NCBI GenBank assembly: GCA_031267725.1
Contig: JAIRYO010000039.1
Span: 1-46,042, forward strand
Direction of reading: 5' to 3'
DNA from: Holosporales bacterium
GTDB lineage: Bacteria > Pseudomonadota > Alphaproteobacteria > RUG11792
DNA length: 46,042 bases
The first letter of the stretch is position 1, and each line of letters opens with the position of its first letter. Shown here piece after piece: positions 17,349 to 25,703 of the stretch. Both the position numbers and the translations under genes were made by a program. Below the pieces are notes generated by a model that saw only the letters and a program-made list of their open reading frames with translations, ran no database searches and was not told the DNA's origin.

Positions 17349-17822
17349 TTGGAGCCGATACCGATGACACTCAAAGGATATAGTAAGTTACAGGAGGAAC
17401 TTAGGCATCTGAAGAACGTTGAACGGCAGCAGATTGTTGATGCAATTGCCGCAGCTAGGGAACTTGGTGATTTATCTGAGAACGCGGAATATCACTCTGC
17501 TAAAGAACGCCAAGGTATTATTGAAGCGAAGATTTTGGATCTTACGGAAAAATTGAATAAAGCGAAAATTATTAATGTCCATGAAATAATTTCTGATACG
17601 GTTAAGTTTGGAGCAACTGTTGAGCTTATGTGCGATGATGTAAGCCCGATATTGAAATTTCAGATAGTGGGAAGCGATGAAGCGGATATAAAAAGCGGGT
17701 TGCTACCGATAACTTCTCCAATAGCAAAAATTCTTATCGGAAAAAAGAAAGATGACTTGGTTGAAGTAACTACTCCAGGTGGCGCCAAAAGTTACACAAT
17801 AGTCGGAGTGAAATATATTTAA
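17349..17822 (+). CDS. greA: Transcription elongation factor GreA
   Basis: (M)EPIPMTLKGYSKLQEELRHLK... aligns with E. coli MQAIPMTLRGAEKLREEL, so the TTG at 17349 is a plausible start (alternative ATG at 17364). The C-terminal FKBP-like domain has VKFGATVEL and ISPIAKILIGKKKDD. Confidence 0.95.
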   Translation: MEPIPMTLKGYSKLQEELRHLKNVERQQIVDAIAAARELGDLSENAEYHSAKERQGIIEAKILDLTEKLNKAKIINVHEIISDTVKFGATVELMCDDVSPILKFQIVGSDEADIKSGLLPITSPIAKILIGKKKDDLVEVTTPGGAKSYTIVGVKYI

Positions 17823-17829
17823 GTTTTAG

Positions 17830-18975
17830 TTATTGTTCGTTTTTATTCAACACATTTTGCTTTATTGTAACTATCGTGGTTGCGGAAATTCCTTCTCTCC
17901 TTCCTTCGAATCCCATTCCCTCCGTCGTCTTACCTTTGATATTAATGGAAGACTTTGGGACTTCAAGGTAGCTTGCGATTGTGCGCTTCATTTCTGTAGC
18001 GTATGCGGAGATATTTGGCGACTCGCAAACTATGGTTGTATCAATACTTGTAAGGCGTGCTTCTTTCTTTATTAAAAGTTCCCTGCAATATTTTAAAAAA
18101 ATCTTTGAATCCGCGTTTTTATTCTTTGGCTCGCTTGCTGGAAAATGCTCCCCTATACTGCCGGCGCCAAGAGCCCCTAGTATGGCATCAACAACACTAT
18201 GAATTCCCACGTCTGCATCTGAAATTCCTTCCAATCCTTTGTGATTTTCAATTTCCCTTCCCATCAAGTACAATTTTTTTTCTGGAGTTTCAGAGAACCT
18301 ATGAGCATCATAGCCGAAACCTGTTTTAAAAACTTCCTTTGCGACATCAGATTGGAAGGTAATTTTCCTGTTTAAAACATCTCCCATAACGCTAGTGACA
18401 TCTATATCTTCAAGTTCACAAAGCGTCGCATCATCGGTAAAATCTTTATCTTTATATTTTTGATGCAATTGGTAAATAACCTCGAAGCAAAACCCCTGCG
18501 GAGTTTGTGAAAGCTTAACACTAGACCTGGATACACTTTTTCCATTAACCCTAACTGAATCTGTTGGGAAAATTTCTGGAATAACTGCTTTGGCTCCAGA
18601 ATTTAATGCTTGAAAAACATTTTCTACAACAAAACGAGGGCAAAAGCATCTAACTGCATCATGAATCAAAACATAGTTTGGAGAGTATTGGGATATGACT
18701 TTCAAAGCAATCCTAACCGAATCACTTCGTCGTCCCCCACCAACAACCGGCTGCAACAGTCTTGGATCATTCACACTCTTAAAAATTTCGGTATACACTT
18801 CTTGAAACCCAGAGGGGATTGCACAAACAATTCCAGAGACAAAATCAAATGAAAGAAAAAGCTCTACCGATTTCTTTATCGGAAAACTTCCACCAATGCA
18901 GCAAAACTGTTTGGGCGTTCCTTCTCCAAACCTCCGCCCTTTTCCCGCCGCAACTATTACCGCAAAAAAGGGCAA
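17830..18975 (-). CDS. ispDF: Bifunctional IspD/IspF (MEP cytidylyltransferase / MEcPP synthase)
   Basis: The N-terminal half has AVIVAAGKGRRFG (IspD). The C-terminal half has GFGYDAHRF...EGISDADVGIHSVVDAILGALGAGSIGEHFP (IspF). The TTG start directly abuts the rpmJ stop codon. Confidence 0.95.
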   Translation of the reverse strand: MPFFAVIVAAGKGRRFGEGTPKQFCCIGGSFPIKKSVELFLSFDFVSGIVCAIPSGFQEVYTEIFKSVNDPRLLQPVVGGGRRSDSVRIALKVISQYSPNYVLIHDAVRCFCPRFVVENVFQALNSGAKAVIPEIFPTDSVRVNGKSVSRSSVKLSQTPQGFCFEVIYQLHQKYKDKDFTDDATLCELEDIDVTSVMGDVLNRKITFQSDVAKEVFKTGFGYDAHRFSETPEKKLYLMGREIENHKGLEGISDADVGIHSVVDAILGALGAGSIGEHFPASEPKNKNADSKIFLKYCRELLIKKEARLTSIDTTIVCESPNISAYATEMKRTIASYLEVPKSSINIKGKTTEGMGFEGRREGISATTIVTIKQNVLNKNEQ

Positions 18976-19101
18976 TTATCCTTGTCTTGCTTTAAACTTT
19001 GGAACCTGCTTGTTTATAACGTACAATCTTCCCTTCCGGCGAACGAGTTTGCAAGCTCTGTGGCGATTTCGCAATGTTTTAAGCGAATTAACTATTTTCA
19101 T
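18976..19101 (-). CDS. rpmJ: 50S ribosomal protein L36
   Basis: The last 41 codons of the 96-aa ORF read [41 protein letters not shown], the alphaproteobacterial L36 pattern. The upstream 55 codons are read-through into a repeat element (MVYGLF...). Confidence 0.9.
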   Translation of the reverse strand: MKIVNSLKTLRNRHRACKLVRRKGRLYVINKQVPKFKARQG

Positions 19102-19224
19102 ACTAGCCAAGAATTCAAGTGCGACTCTGAGCATTATATCACTTTTCTTAATTATAGAAAGAGCAATTAAAATAATGTCTGCGTTCACATACCCCAAGGT
19201 AAAAGAAGTGGAATTATTTTTTCC

Positions 19225-19471
19225 CATGACTCCAGCATGCCCCCTCCTGAATAGACCGTAAACCATGCTTAAATGATTTTTGTATTTTTTTTATAATGCT
19301 TTAGACCGGATATATAGCAATCTCTGAATATTACTTAGAGGAGTTGGTTATATATGTAAGGGGGGAAGGAGATGGGTTTACTCCCTATTCAGGTTGGGCC
19401 GCCGAAGTTATGGTTATTCATAGAAGAAAACTAACTTTGAATCTTTTGTCTCAAACTATATGAACGTATAC
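19225..19471. repeat. Composite repeat copy (arm + central module 19310-19370 + short arm + terminal module)
   Basis: ...CTGAATAGACCGTAAACCATGCTTAAATGATTTTTGTATTTTTTTTATAATGCTTTAGACCGGATATATAGCAATCTCTGAATATTACTTAGAGG...GGTTTACTCCCTATTCAGGTTGGGCCGCC...CTTTTGTCTCAAACTATATGAACGTATAC. Confidence 0.9.
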
Positions 19472-19573
19472 AAGTGTGAAAATTTTTATTGTTTTTACAG
19501 AGAGGGCATGTTAATGTTAATTGTAATATGGGGTGGTTTTTCGTAACTGATTTCTTCTGGGGAGGGGATAGTC

Positions 19574-21298
19574 GTGAATTTAAGATATGTACTGAAGTGT
19601 ATGTTCATCTGTATGGTTTTCACCAGTCCGGGACTTCCTGCTTTTTCCGGAGAAGATCCCGATATCAAGAAATTAAAAGAAGCTGATGAAAATTTACAGT
19701 CCGAAATTGCCACCATCAAGAATATTAATGAAAATTTAGAAGCTGAAACTCAAAGTTTGAAAAATACCATAAAGGAGATGAAATCAAAGCTCGAAGAGAC
19801 AGAGGATAGTTTTGAAAAGAAGTTGGATACAATTGATAAAAAGTTGGGGAGCAATGAAGAAGAGATGGAGCAGCTAAACTCACTTCAGGAAAAAGTTGCT
19901 AAAATAGAAGAGGGGACAAGGGCTCCAGAAAGTAATGAACAAATTGAACAATTAACTCAGAAATTGGATAAATTAGAAACTGATATTCAGGCTATATCAG
20001 CTAATGAAGACTCTGATGAGGAATTAAAAAATATAAAAGAGTCTTTAAATTCAGTGACTCAACAACTTGAAAATCAGAAAAACTTTGATGAACAACAAAA
20101 CATAGAGTCCGCAAAAAGCTCTGCAAGGCTTGATAAACTCGAAAGAACGAATGGAGCCGCCGTAATTGGAGCGGCCGGAGCTTCTGTTGGGGGGCTGCTA
20201 GGATCGGTTGTCAAAGAAGGTTTTGGAATTTTATCGCAAAAACTCGAGGTGGACTCCATAAAAGAGCAGCTGCTGAATGGTAACTCCACCATAACCTTAT
20301 CGGAGAACATGACTAAGGAAGAGAAAAAAGAACTTGAGGAGATAGAGTCTGATATACGTAACGGAAAAAGCGATCAGGAAATTCAAGCAAAACTAGATAT
20401 TTTAAAAGATGAAATTGAGAATAGAGAAAAATTACAATCCAGATTTCAACGAGCGACTTTTTATGGGGTGAACCAATCCTTCAAGGATGAAAGCATCATA
20501 ATTCACTTGTTAAACCAAGCTCGCCTAGGCCACAAAATCCCCCCAGAGACAATATTAACGGGAAATATAAATTCGGTTGATGTCGATTTAATAAATACGA
20601 TATACGAGATGGGAGTGCAAAACGCTACGATATTTGATATTTATGATGCCATAAAGCTGATATTCACCGGATCACCGAAAAAAATAATAGTAAAGCAACC
20701 AGATAAATCCACTATTGCCCAACAAAGTGCTAATGGAGCAGTAGTACAGGAGGGGGGAACCATAGCTCCTGGTTCTGCTTCAGAAGCTTCTGTTCAAGGT
20801 GGAGCTGTTCCTCAAGCATCTTCAGTTCAACCTGTTGTTCAACAAAGTACTAGTGGAGCAGTAGTACAGGCTGGAGGAACTATAGTTCCTGGTTCTGCTG
20901 AAGCTTCTGTTCAAGGTGGAGCTATCCCTCAAGCATCTTCAGTTCAACCTGTTGTTCAACAAAGTACTAGTGGAGCAGTAGTACAGGCTGGAGGGACTAT
21001 AGCTCCTGGTTCTGCTTCAACCCTTCAAAAACCTGTAAAAAATGGAAAAACTCCCGAGCAAAGACAGGCTATTTCCAAATCGGATTCGAATATAGCTTTG
21101 GAAAAAAGAAGGCTAGACATGACGGTTATGGACGTAAAGGATAACAGGTATTACGATGTTGAAAGACAAAAATTTGAGCAAATTGCTCAGTCGTCCAAGC
21201 GGTACCCAGAAACGAAAGTGGTGCCACCAACAAATATGGAAGTAAGACCAATTGACCAGGCATCATCCGCTAATTTAAACTTACTTAGCAAGGATTGA
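19574..21298 (+). CDS. Hypothetical secreted coiled-coil protein with a Gly-zipper segment and C-terminal 39/40-aa tandem repeats
   Basis: 574 aa. The GTG start is preceded by GGAGGGG. It has a signal peptide (CMFICMVFTSPGLPAFSG), about 170 aa of E/K/L-rich heptad-like sequence, NGAAVIGAAGASVGGLLGSVV, and then 2.5 copies of QQSTSGAVVQAGGTI(A/V)PGSAEASVQGGA(I/V)PQASSVQPVV. Confidence 0.7.
   Translation: MNLRYVLKCMFICMVFTSPGLPAFSGEDPDIKKLKEADENLQSEIATIKNINENLEAETQSLKNTIKEMKSKLEETEDSFEKKLDTIDKKLGSNEEEMEQLNSLQEKVAKIEEGTRAPESNEQIEQLTQKLDKLETDIQAISANEDSDEELKNIKESLNSVTQQLENQKNFDEQQNIESAKSSARLDKLERTNGAAVIGAAGASVGGLLGSVVKEGFGILSQKLEVDSIKEQLLNGNSTITLSENMTKEEKKELEEIESDIRNGKSDQEIQAKLDILKDEIENREKLQSRFQRATFYGVNQSFKDESIIIHLLNQARLGHKIPPETILTGNINSVDVDLINTIYEMGVQNATIFDIYDAIKLIFTGSPKKIIVKQPDKSTIAQQSANGAVVQEGGTIAPGSASEASVQGGAVPQASSVQPVVQQSTSGAVVQAGGTIVPGSAEASVQGGAIPQASSVQPVVQQSTSGAVVQAGGTIAPGSASTLQKPVKNGKTPEQRQAISKSDSNIALEKRRLDMTVMDVKDNRYYDVERQKFEQIAQSSKRYPETKVVPPTNMEVRPIDQASSANLNLLSKD
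20720..21019 (+). repeat. In-frame tandem repeat, 120 + 117 + ~63 bp
   Basis: Units start with CAACAAAGT(G/A)CTA(A/G)TGGAGCAGTAGTACAGG at 20720, 20840 and 20957. Units 2 and 3 are nearly identical. Unit 1 has a 3-bp insertion and a few substitutions. Confidence 0.9.
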
Positions 21299-21868
21299 TT
21301 TAGAAAGATATTTTTGGCAGTATGTGATGCCAGATACAATGGCGATAATTGAAGAGGTCCAAAACATAATTTCTCCAAATTTTAAAATTGCTACCGATTT
21401 TCCGATATTAGAGAGTAAAACAATGGCGACGGAAAACATTTGGCTAGCCGTTTTCCACTTCGATAATAAGGATGTTTTAAAGTTGCGTTCGGACGTTTCG
21501 GCTACATCTCTAACTCCCGATATGATTACTTCTCGACATAGTATTATCGCGGCTGCTATTATTGTATAACCCGAAATCAAATCAAATCCAACTATGAACA
21601 GAATTGATATCGATATGAGTATTTTATCGGCCAGAGGATCAAGCATCCTTCCAATCTTACTTGTCTGCTTATACATTCTTGCATAATACCCATCGAGATA
21701 ATCTGTTGCACAACATAAAACAAAAATCGAAAAAGAGATAATCGCACCCAACCTCGACTCTATAAAAAAACCAAGAGCAAAAATCGGTAAAACAAATACC
21801 CTTGAAACGGTAAGTATGTTTGGCAGTGTAAAAAACTTATTCATCTTTTCGTTCGATAAAAAATTCAA
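21281..21868 (-). CDS. pgsA: CDP-diacylglycerol--glycerol-3-phosphate 3-phosphatidyltransferase
   Basis: CDP-alcohol phosphatidyltransferase motif DYLDGYYARMYKQTSKIGRMLDPLADK in a polytopic protein. It lies immediately downstream of uvrC, overlapping it, as in E. coli uvrC-pgsA. Confidence 0.9.
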   Translation of the reverse strand: MNFLSNEKMNKFFTLPNILTVSRVFVLPIFALGFFIESRLGAIISFSIFVLCCATDYLDGYYARMYKQTSKIGRMLDPLADKILISISILFIVGFDLISGYTIIAAAIILCREVIISGVRDVAETSERNFKTSLLSKWKTASQMFSVAIVLLSNIGKSVAILKFGEIMFWTSSIIAIVSGITYCQKYLSKSILAK

Positions 21869-23729
21869 AAATAGAAGCCGCCATTCTCTCGCTAATTCCT
21901 TTTACCATTTTTATATCTTCCATAGAAGCACTTTTTATAATTTCCGCTGCGCCGAAATGTTCAAGCAATAGTTTTTTTCGAATCGTGCCAATGTTAGGTA
22001 TATCATCTAACACCGATTTTGTTATTCCTCCTTGCCTCTTTTTTCTATGAAAAGTTATTGCAGCTCTATGAGCTTCATTTCTTAACGTTATCAAAAATGA
22101 GAGTAACTCACTGTTGTTTCCTAAAACCATTTCTTCACCGCTTTCAAAGACTATTTTCTCGTCTCCCATCCTTCTATCGTTCTGTTTAGCTATCCCTATT
22201 ATTTTAACATTATCCAGAAATTTAAATTGATTTTTAACTTTAAGGGCAATAGAAAGCTGTGTTTTACCTCCATCTATTATTAGAAGATTCGGAATTTCGG
22301 GAATTCTCGATGATTTGAAGCGTTTTTCAAGAGAAAAGCGCATCATCTCAATATCGTCTCCCCCATTTGCAGTTTTTTCAGAAATAGTAAACTTTCTTGT
22401 TTTGCTTTTCTGTATTTTTCCATATTCAAAAACGACCATTGCTCCGCACGCATTTGTTCCATGAATATGGCTATTATCATAAATTTCTATTCTATCTATG
22501 GTTTTAAGACCAATCAATCGACATAATTCTGCAATTTGCTTTTCGTAGTGGTTAGCATTCTCCTTCTCCAATTTCATCTTAGCATTAAACCTACAAGAAT
22601 CAATTATCCTTCTATATACTTCTCGTTTCGCCACCTCTATCTTTACATTTACTCCGTATGATAATTGCATAAATTCAGAAACCGGCTTCGCGTTCTTAAG
22701 TTCAAATTCAATGATAATTGTAGTTGGAGGAGTAACGCTTTTATAAAATTGAAGAATAAAAGATTCGACCACTTCTGAATCTTCAAATCCTATAGTATTT
22801 TCTAAAAGTAACGATTCACTTCCAACATTCTTTCCCGTTCTGAAAAATGTTATTGAAATGGCGGTATTTTCAAAATTTCGAACAATAGCTATAAAATCTA
22901 TGGAGAATAGATCTTCAATTTGTATATATTGTTTTGATTGAATTTCCGTAATTGCCTTTATTCTGTCTCTAATTACAGCAGCTTGCTCAAAATTCATATC
23001 TTTTGCAGCGCTTCGCATCTTGTCGGTCAACATTTTCCTGACTATCTTATCTTTCCCAGTTAAAAGCTCTTTGGCAAGATTAACATTTTGCGTATATGTA
23101 TCTTTAGATATTTTGTTAACACAGGGGGCTGAACACCTTTTTATAAAATACTGCAAACATGGTCTTGTTCTGTGCACGAATTGGTTATCCGTACAATTTC
23201 TCAGAAGAAATGCTTTTTGTATAACCTTTACGGTTTCGTTGAGAGCGGATATCGCAGGATATGGCCCAAAGAAGTTTTTGTTTTTTGGTTTTAAAGTCCT
23301 ATATTTAAAGATTCTAGGAAATTCATGAACGTCATCAATAACTAGGTATGGGAAAGTTTTATCATCCTTTAAAAGAATGTTATAAAATGGTTTAAGTTCT
23401 TTTATCAAATTACTTTCAAGAAGGAATGATTCAATTTCGGAATTAACGACCGTAACCTCTACATCCTCAATATTAGATATCATCATTTTGGTCCTATTCG
23501 CCAATTGATTAAAGTTAGTATACGAAAGCAGCCTGTTTTTAAGATGTTTGGCTTTTCCAACGTATATAACCTTTTCTTCTGCATTAATCATTTTATAAAT
23601 TCCAGGACGCGAACCTGCTCGTCTCGCAGCCGTTTTTATCGTTTCGATAATCCCTTTTAGCTTTTTCAATCTAGACGCCTCAGTGCCTCGACAAATAAGT
23701 ATGCTAACAAAAAAAATAGGGAAACGCAA
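21837..23729 (-). CDS. uvrC: Excinuclease ABC subunit C
   Basis: GIY-YIG (PGIYKMINAEEKVIYVGKAKHLKNRLLSY), a Cys-rich region (CLQYFIKRCSAPC), a UVR domain (FEQAAVIRDRI), an RNaseH-like endonuclease domain and a C-terminal HhH. The N-terminal 20 codons look spurious; a possible TTG start lies at 23669. Confidence 0.95.
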   Translation of the reverse strand: MRFPIFFVSILICRGTEASRLKKLKGIIETIKTAARRAGSRPGIYKMINAEEKVIYVGKAKHLKNRLLSYTNFNQLANRTKMMISNIEDVEVTVVNSEIESFLLESNLIKELKPFYNILLKDDKTFPYLVIDDVHEFPRIFKYRTLKPKNKNFFGPYPAISALNETVKVIQKAFLLRNCTDNQFVHRTRPCLQYFIKRCSAPCVNKISKDTYTQNVNLAKELLTGKDKIVRKMLTDKMRSAAKDMNFEQAAVIRDRIKAITEIQSKQYIQIEDLFSIDFIAIVRNFENTAISITFFRTGKNVGSESLLLENTIGFEDSEVVESFILQFYKSVTPPTTIIIEFELKNAKPVSEFMQLSYGVNVKIEVAKREVYRRIIDSCRFNAKMKLEKENANHYEKQIAELCRLIGLKTIDRIEIYDNSHIHGTNACGAMVVFEYGKIQKSKTRKFTISEKTANGGDDIEMMRFSLEKRFKSSRIPEIPNLLIIDGGKTQLSIALKVKNQFKFLDNVKIIGIAKQNDRRMGDEKIVFESGEEMVLGNNSELLSFLITLRNEAHRAAITFHRKKRQGGITKSVLDDIPNIGTIRKKLLLEHFGAAEIIKSASMEDIKMVKGISERMAASIFEFFIERKDE

Positions 23730-23773
23730 ATTTGTCCATTTCTAATTCTGTATTGAATTTGAAAGTTAGTTTT

Positions 23774-24370
23774 CGTCTATTAATAACTCTGAATCCTGAA
23801 TAGGCAGTAAAACCATGCTTCAATGATTCGTGTATTTCTTTCTCTTCATCCTTTCCTTTTAAAGCTTGAACAAGGCGATCGAACTCAAACATAAAATGTT
23901 CCACGTGGAACAATTGATTTAAAAGCTTGAGAACCACTCGGCCAGCCTCAACCTTAACATGACTCAGGCGGCCCAGTCTGAATAGACCGTAAACCATGCT
24001 TAAATGATTTTTGTATTTTTTTTATAATGCTTTAGACAGGATATATATAAGCACTCTCTTCACCGTTTTATATATGATTACCAATCCCTCTAAGTAATAT
24101 TCAGAGATTGCTATATATCATGCTTAAAGCATTATAAAAAGAAATACAAAAATCATTGGGGCATGGTTTACGGTCTATTCAGACTGGGCCGCCTGAGTCA
24201 TGTTATGTTTGAGGCTGGCCGAGAGGTTCTCAAGCTTTAACAGGAAAGGATGAAGAGAAAGAAATACTCAAATCATTGAGATATGGTTTAGGGTCTATTC
24301 AGGCTGGGGCAGGCAGGATTCATGGCGAAAAGTAATTCCACATCTTTTGTCTCACATCTGTTTGAACTTA
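23774..24370. repeat. ~600-bp nested palindrome of the composite repeat family (centre module 24041-24118)
   Basis: The left arm (23790-24040) and right arm (24119-24330) are reverse complements. The exception is a 61-bp segment carrying GTTCCACGTGGAAC (23898-23911), present only on the left arm. The right end carries the terminal-module variant AAGTAATTCCACATCTTTTGTCTCACATCTGTTTGAACTT. Confidence 0.92.
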
Positions 24371-24393
24371 CACACATATTGTAAATATCTTGG

Positions 24394-25659
24394 ATGCGGT
24401 ATAAAATAGGGTTTTATAGATTGGTCGAAAAAATGTCTAAAAGTTTAGGCTTCTTTTCTTTCCTAAAGCACTCCATACCTGCCTCGATTTGGGCTATCGG
24501 TCTTTCGTCTCTTTTGATCAATTTGGCAACTTCTGCCATTTTTTCAGGATCTGCATTATATCTAAAAGTTGTTTTGGGGGCGACGGTATCTGCCATTGGT
24601 TTTATAGAAGCGATTGTTGAAGCTATGTCCTATGGAGTAAGGATATTTTCTGGGGTAGTAAGCGACTATTTCAAAAAAAGAAAACTCTTTATGGTTATAG
24701 GATTCGTAATGCTGACAATTTCGAAACCAATGTTTGCGTTTTCTAAATCTATTGCCGAAATTTTCGTCGCGAAGACGATAGACAGAATTGGTAATGGCCT
24801 TCAAGCAACTCCGAGGGATGCGTTAATTACGGATTCTTCCCCAAAGGAAATAAGAGGCTCCTGTTTTGGGTTAAGACAAAGTCTAGCTGTTATAGGTTCA
24901 ACTTTGGGAGGGTTATTCGGTATTGCGGTTATGGCCGTTTCAAATAATGATTTCAAACTACTTTTTATATTAGCTGCCGTTCCTGCCGCAATTGCTTCCA
25001 TTATATTGTGTTTATTTGCGAAAGAGAAAAAGTCCGCAGAGCACGCTAATCCTCAACGTAGAAAAATAAGAATGCGTGACTTAAAGCTACTAGGAAAGAA
25101 GTTTTGGGTTTTAACAATCGTTGTCGTTGTTTTCAGTTTAGGACGGTTTAGCGGAATTTTTATTACACTTCACGCTTGTGAAAATTTTGGATTAGACCTT
25201 TTATACGGGACTGCGATAACCACAACATACAATCTTTTCTCAACTTTAGTTTCGTATCCAATTGGAAAGTTGTCCGATAGGATGGATAGAGTAACGCTGT
25301 TGCTGATAGGTTTTGGATTTTTAATTTTATCTCATTTATCTATCGGTCTTGCAAACGGCCTATTTTGGGTATTTTTTGGAACTGCATTTTGGGGGATACA
25401 ACGTGGAATAACAGATGGCCTGCTATCAACGCTTGTTTCAGATTATGTTCCAAAAGAACTAAGAGGAACTGGATTTGGCATCTACTATCTCGTAGTTTCG
25501 GCTTCAACCGCGGTCGCGAACGCATTTGCTGGAATTGTTTCTCAACAAAGCGGAAAAGGGGCAGAATTCATTGCCGGAGCAATTTTTTGCATATTCGCAA
25601 CATTCCTATTGTTAATCGTAAAAAAAAATCTCTCACCAAAAGCGAGTGTTTTAAAGTAA
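24394..25659 (+). CDS. MFS transporter
   Basis: 421 aa and about 12 TM segments, with the MFS loop motif DRIGNGLQATPRDAL and GKLSDRMDR in the second half. The start is possibly at MSKSLGFF (24433). Confidence 0.85.
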   Translation: MRYKIGFYRLVEKMSKSLGFFSFLKHSIPASIWAIGLSSLLINLATSAIFSGSALYLKVVLGATVSAIGFIEAIVEAMSYGVRIFSGVVSDYFKKRKLFMVIGFVMLTISKPMFAFSKSIAEIFVAKTIDRIGNGLQATPRDALITDSSPKEIRGSCFGLRQSLAVIGSTLGGLFGIAVMAVSNNDFKLLFILAAVPAAIASIILCLFAKEKKSAEHANPQRRKIRMRDLKLLGKKFWVLTIVVVVFSLGRFSGIFITLHACENFGLDLLYGTAITTTYNLFSTLVSYPIGKLSDRMDRVTLLLIGFGFLILSHLSIGLANGLFWVFFGTAFWGIQRGITDGLLSTLVSDYVPKELRGTGFGIYYLVVSASTAVANAFAGIVSQQSGKGAEFIAGAIFCIFATFLLLIVKKNLSPKASVLK

Positions 25660-25703
25660 CAGAGAGGAGAAAGCCTTTACTCAGATACGACAAAAATCTG
25701 CTC

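Noticed and set aside
23704-23997. Small ORFs beginning MVYGLFR(L/R)G..., including this 97-aa ORF, the N-terminal 55 codons of 18976-19266 and similar unlisted short frames at ~311, ~24174 and ~36068. They might encode a repeat-borne peptide.
   Set aside because: They arise from the CATGGTTTACGGTCTATTCAG unit of the repeat. Copies differ by substitutions and indels that do not respect the reading frame, and they end at different points. The same sequence occurs equally often in the opposite orientation. They are best treated as artefacts of the repeats.
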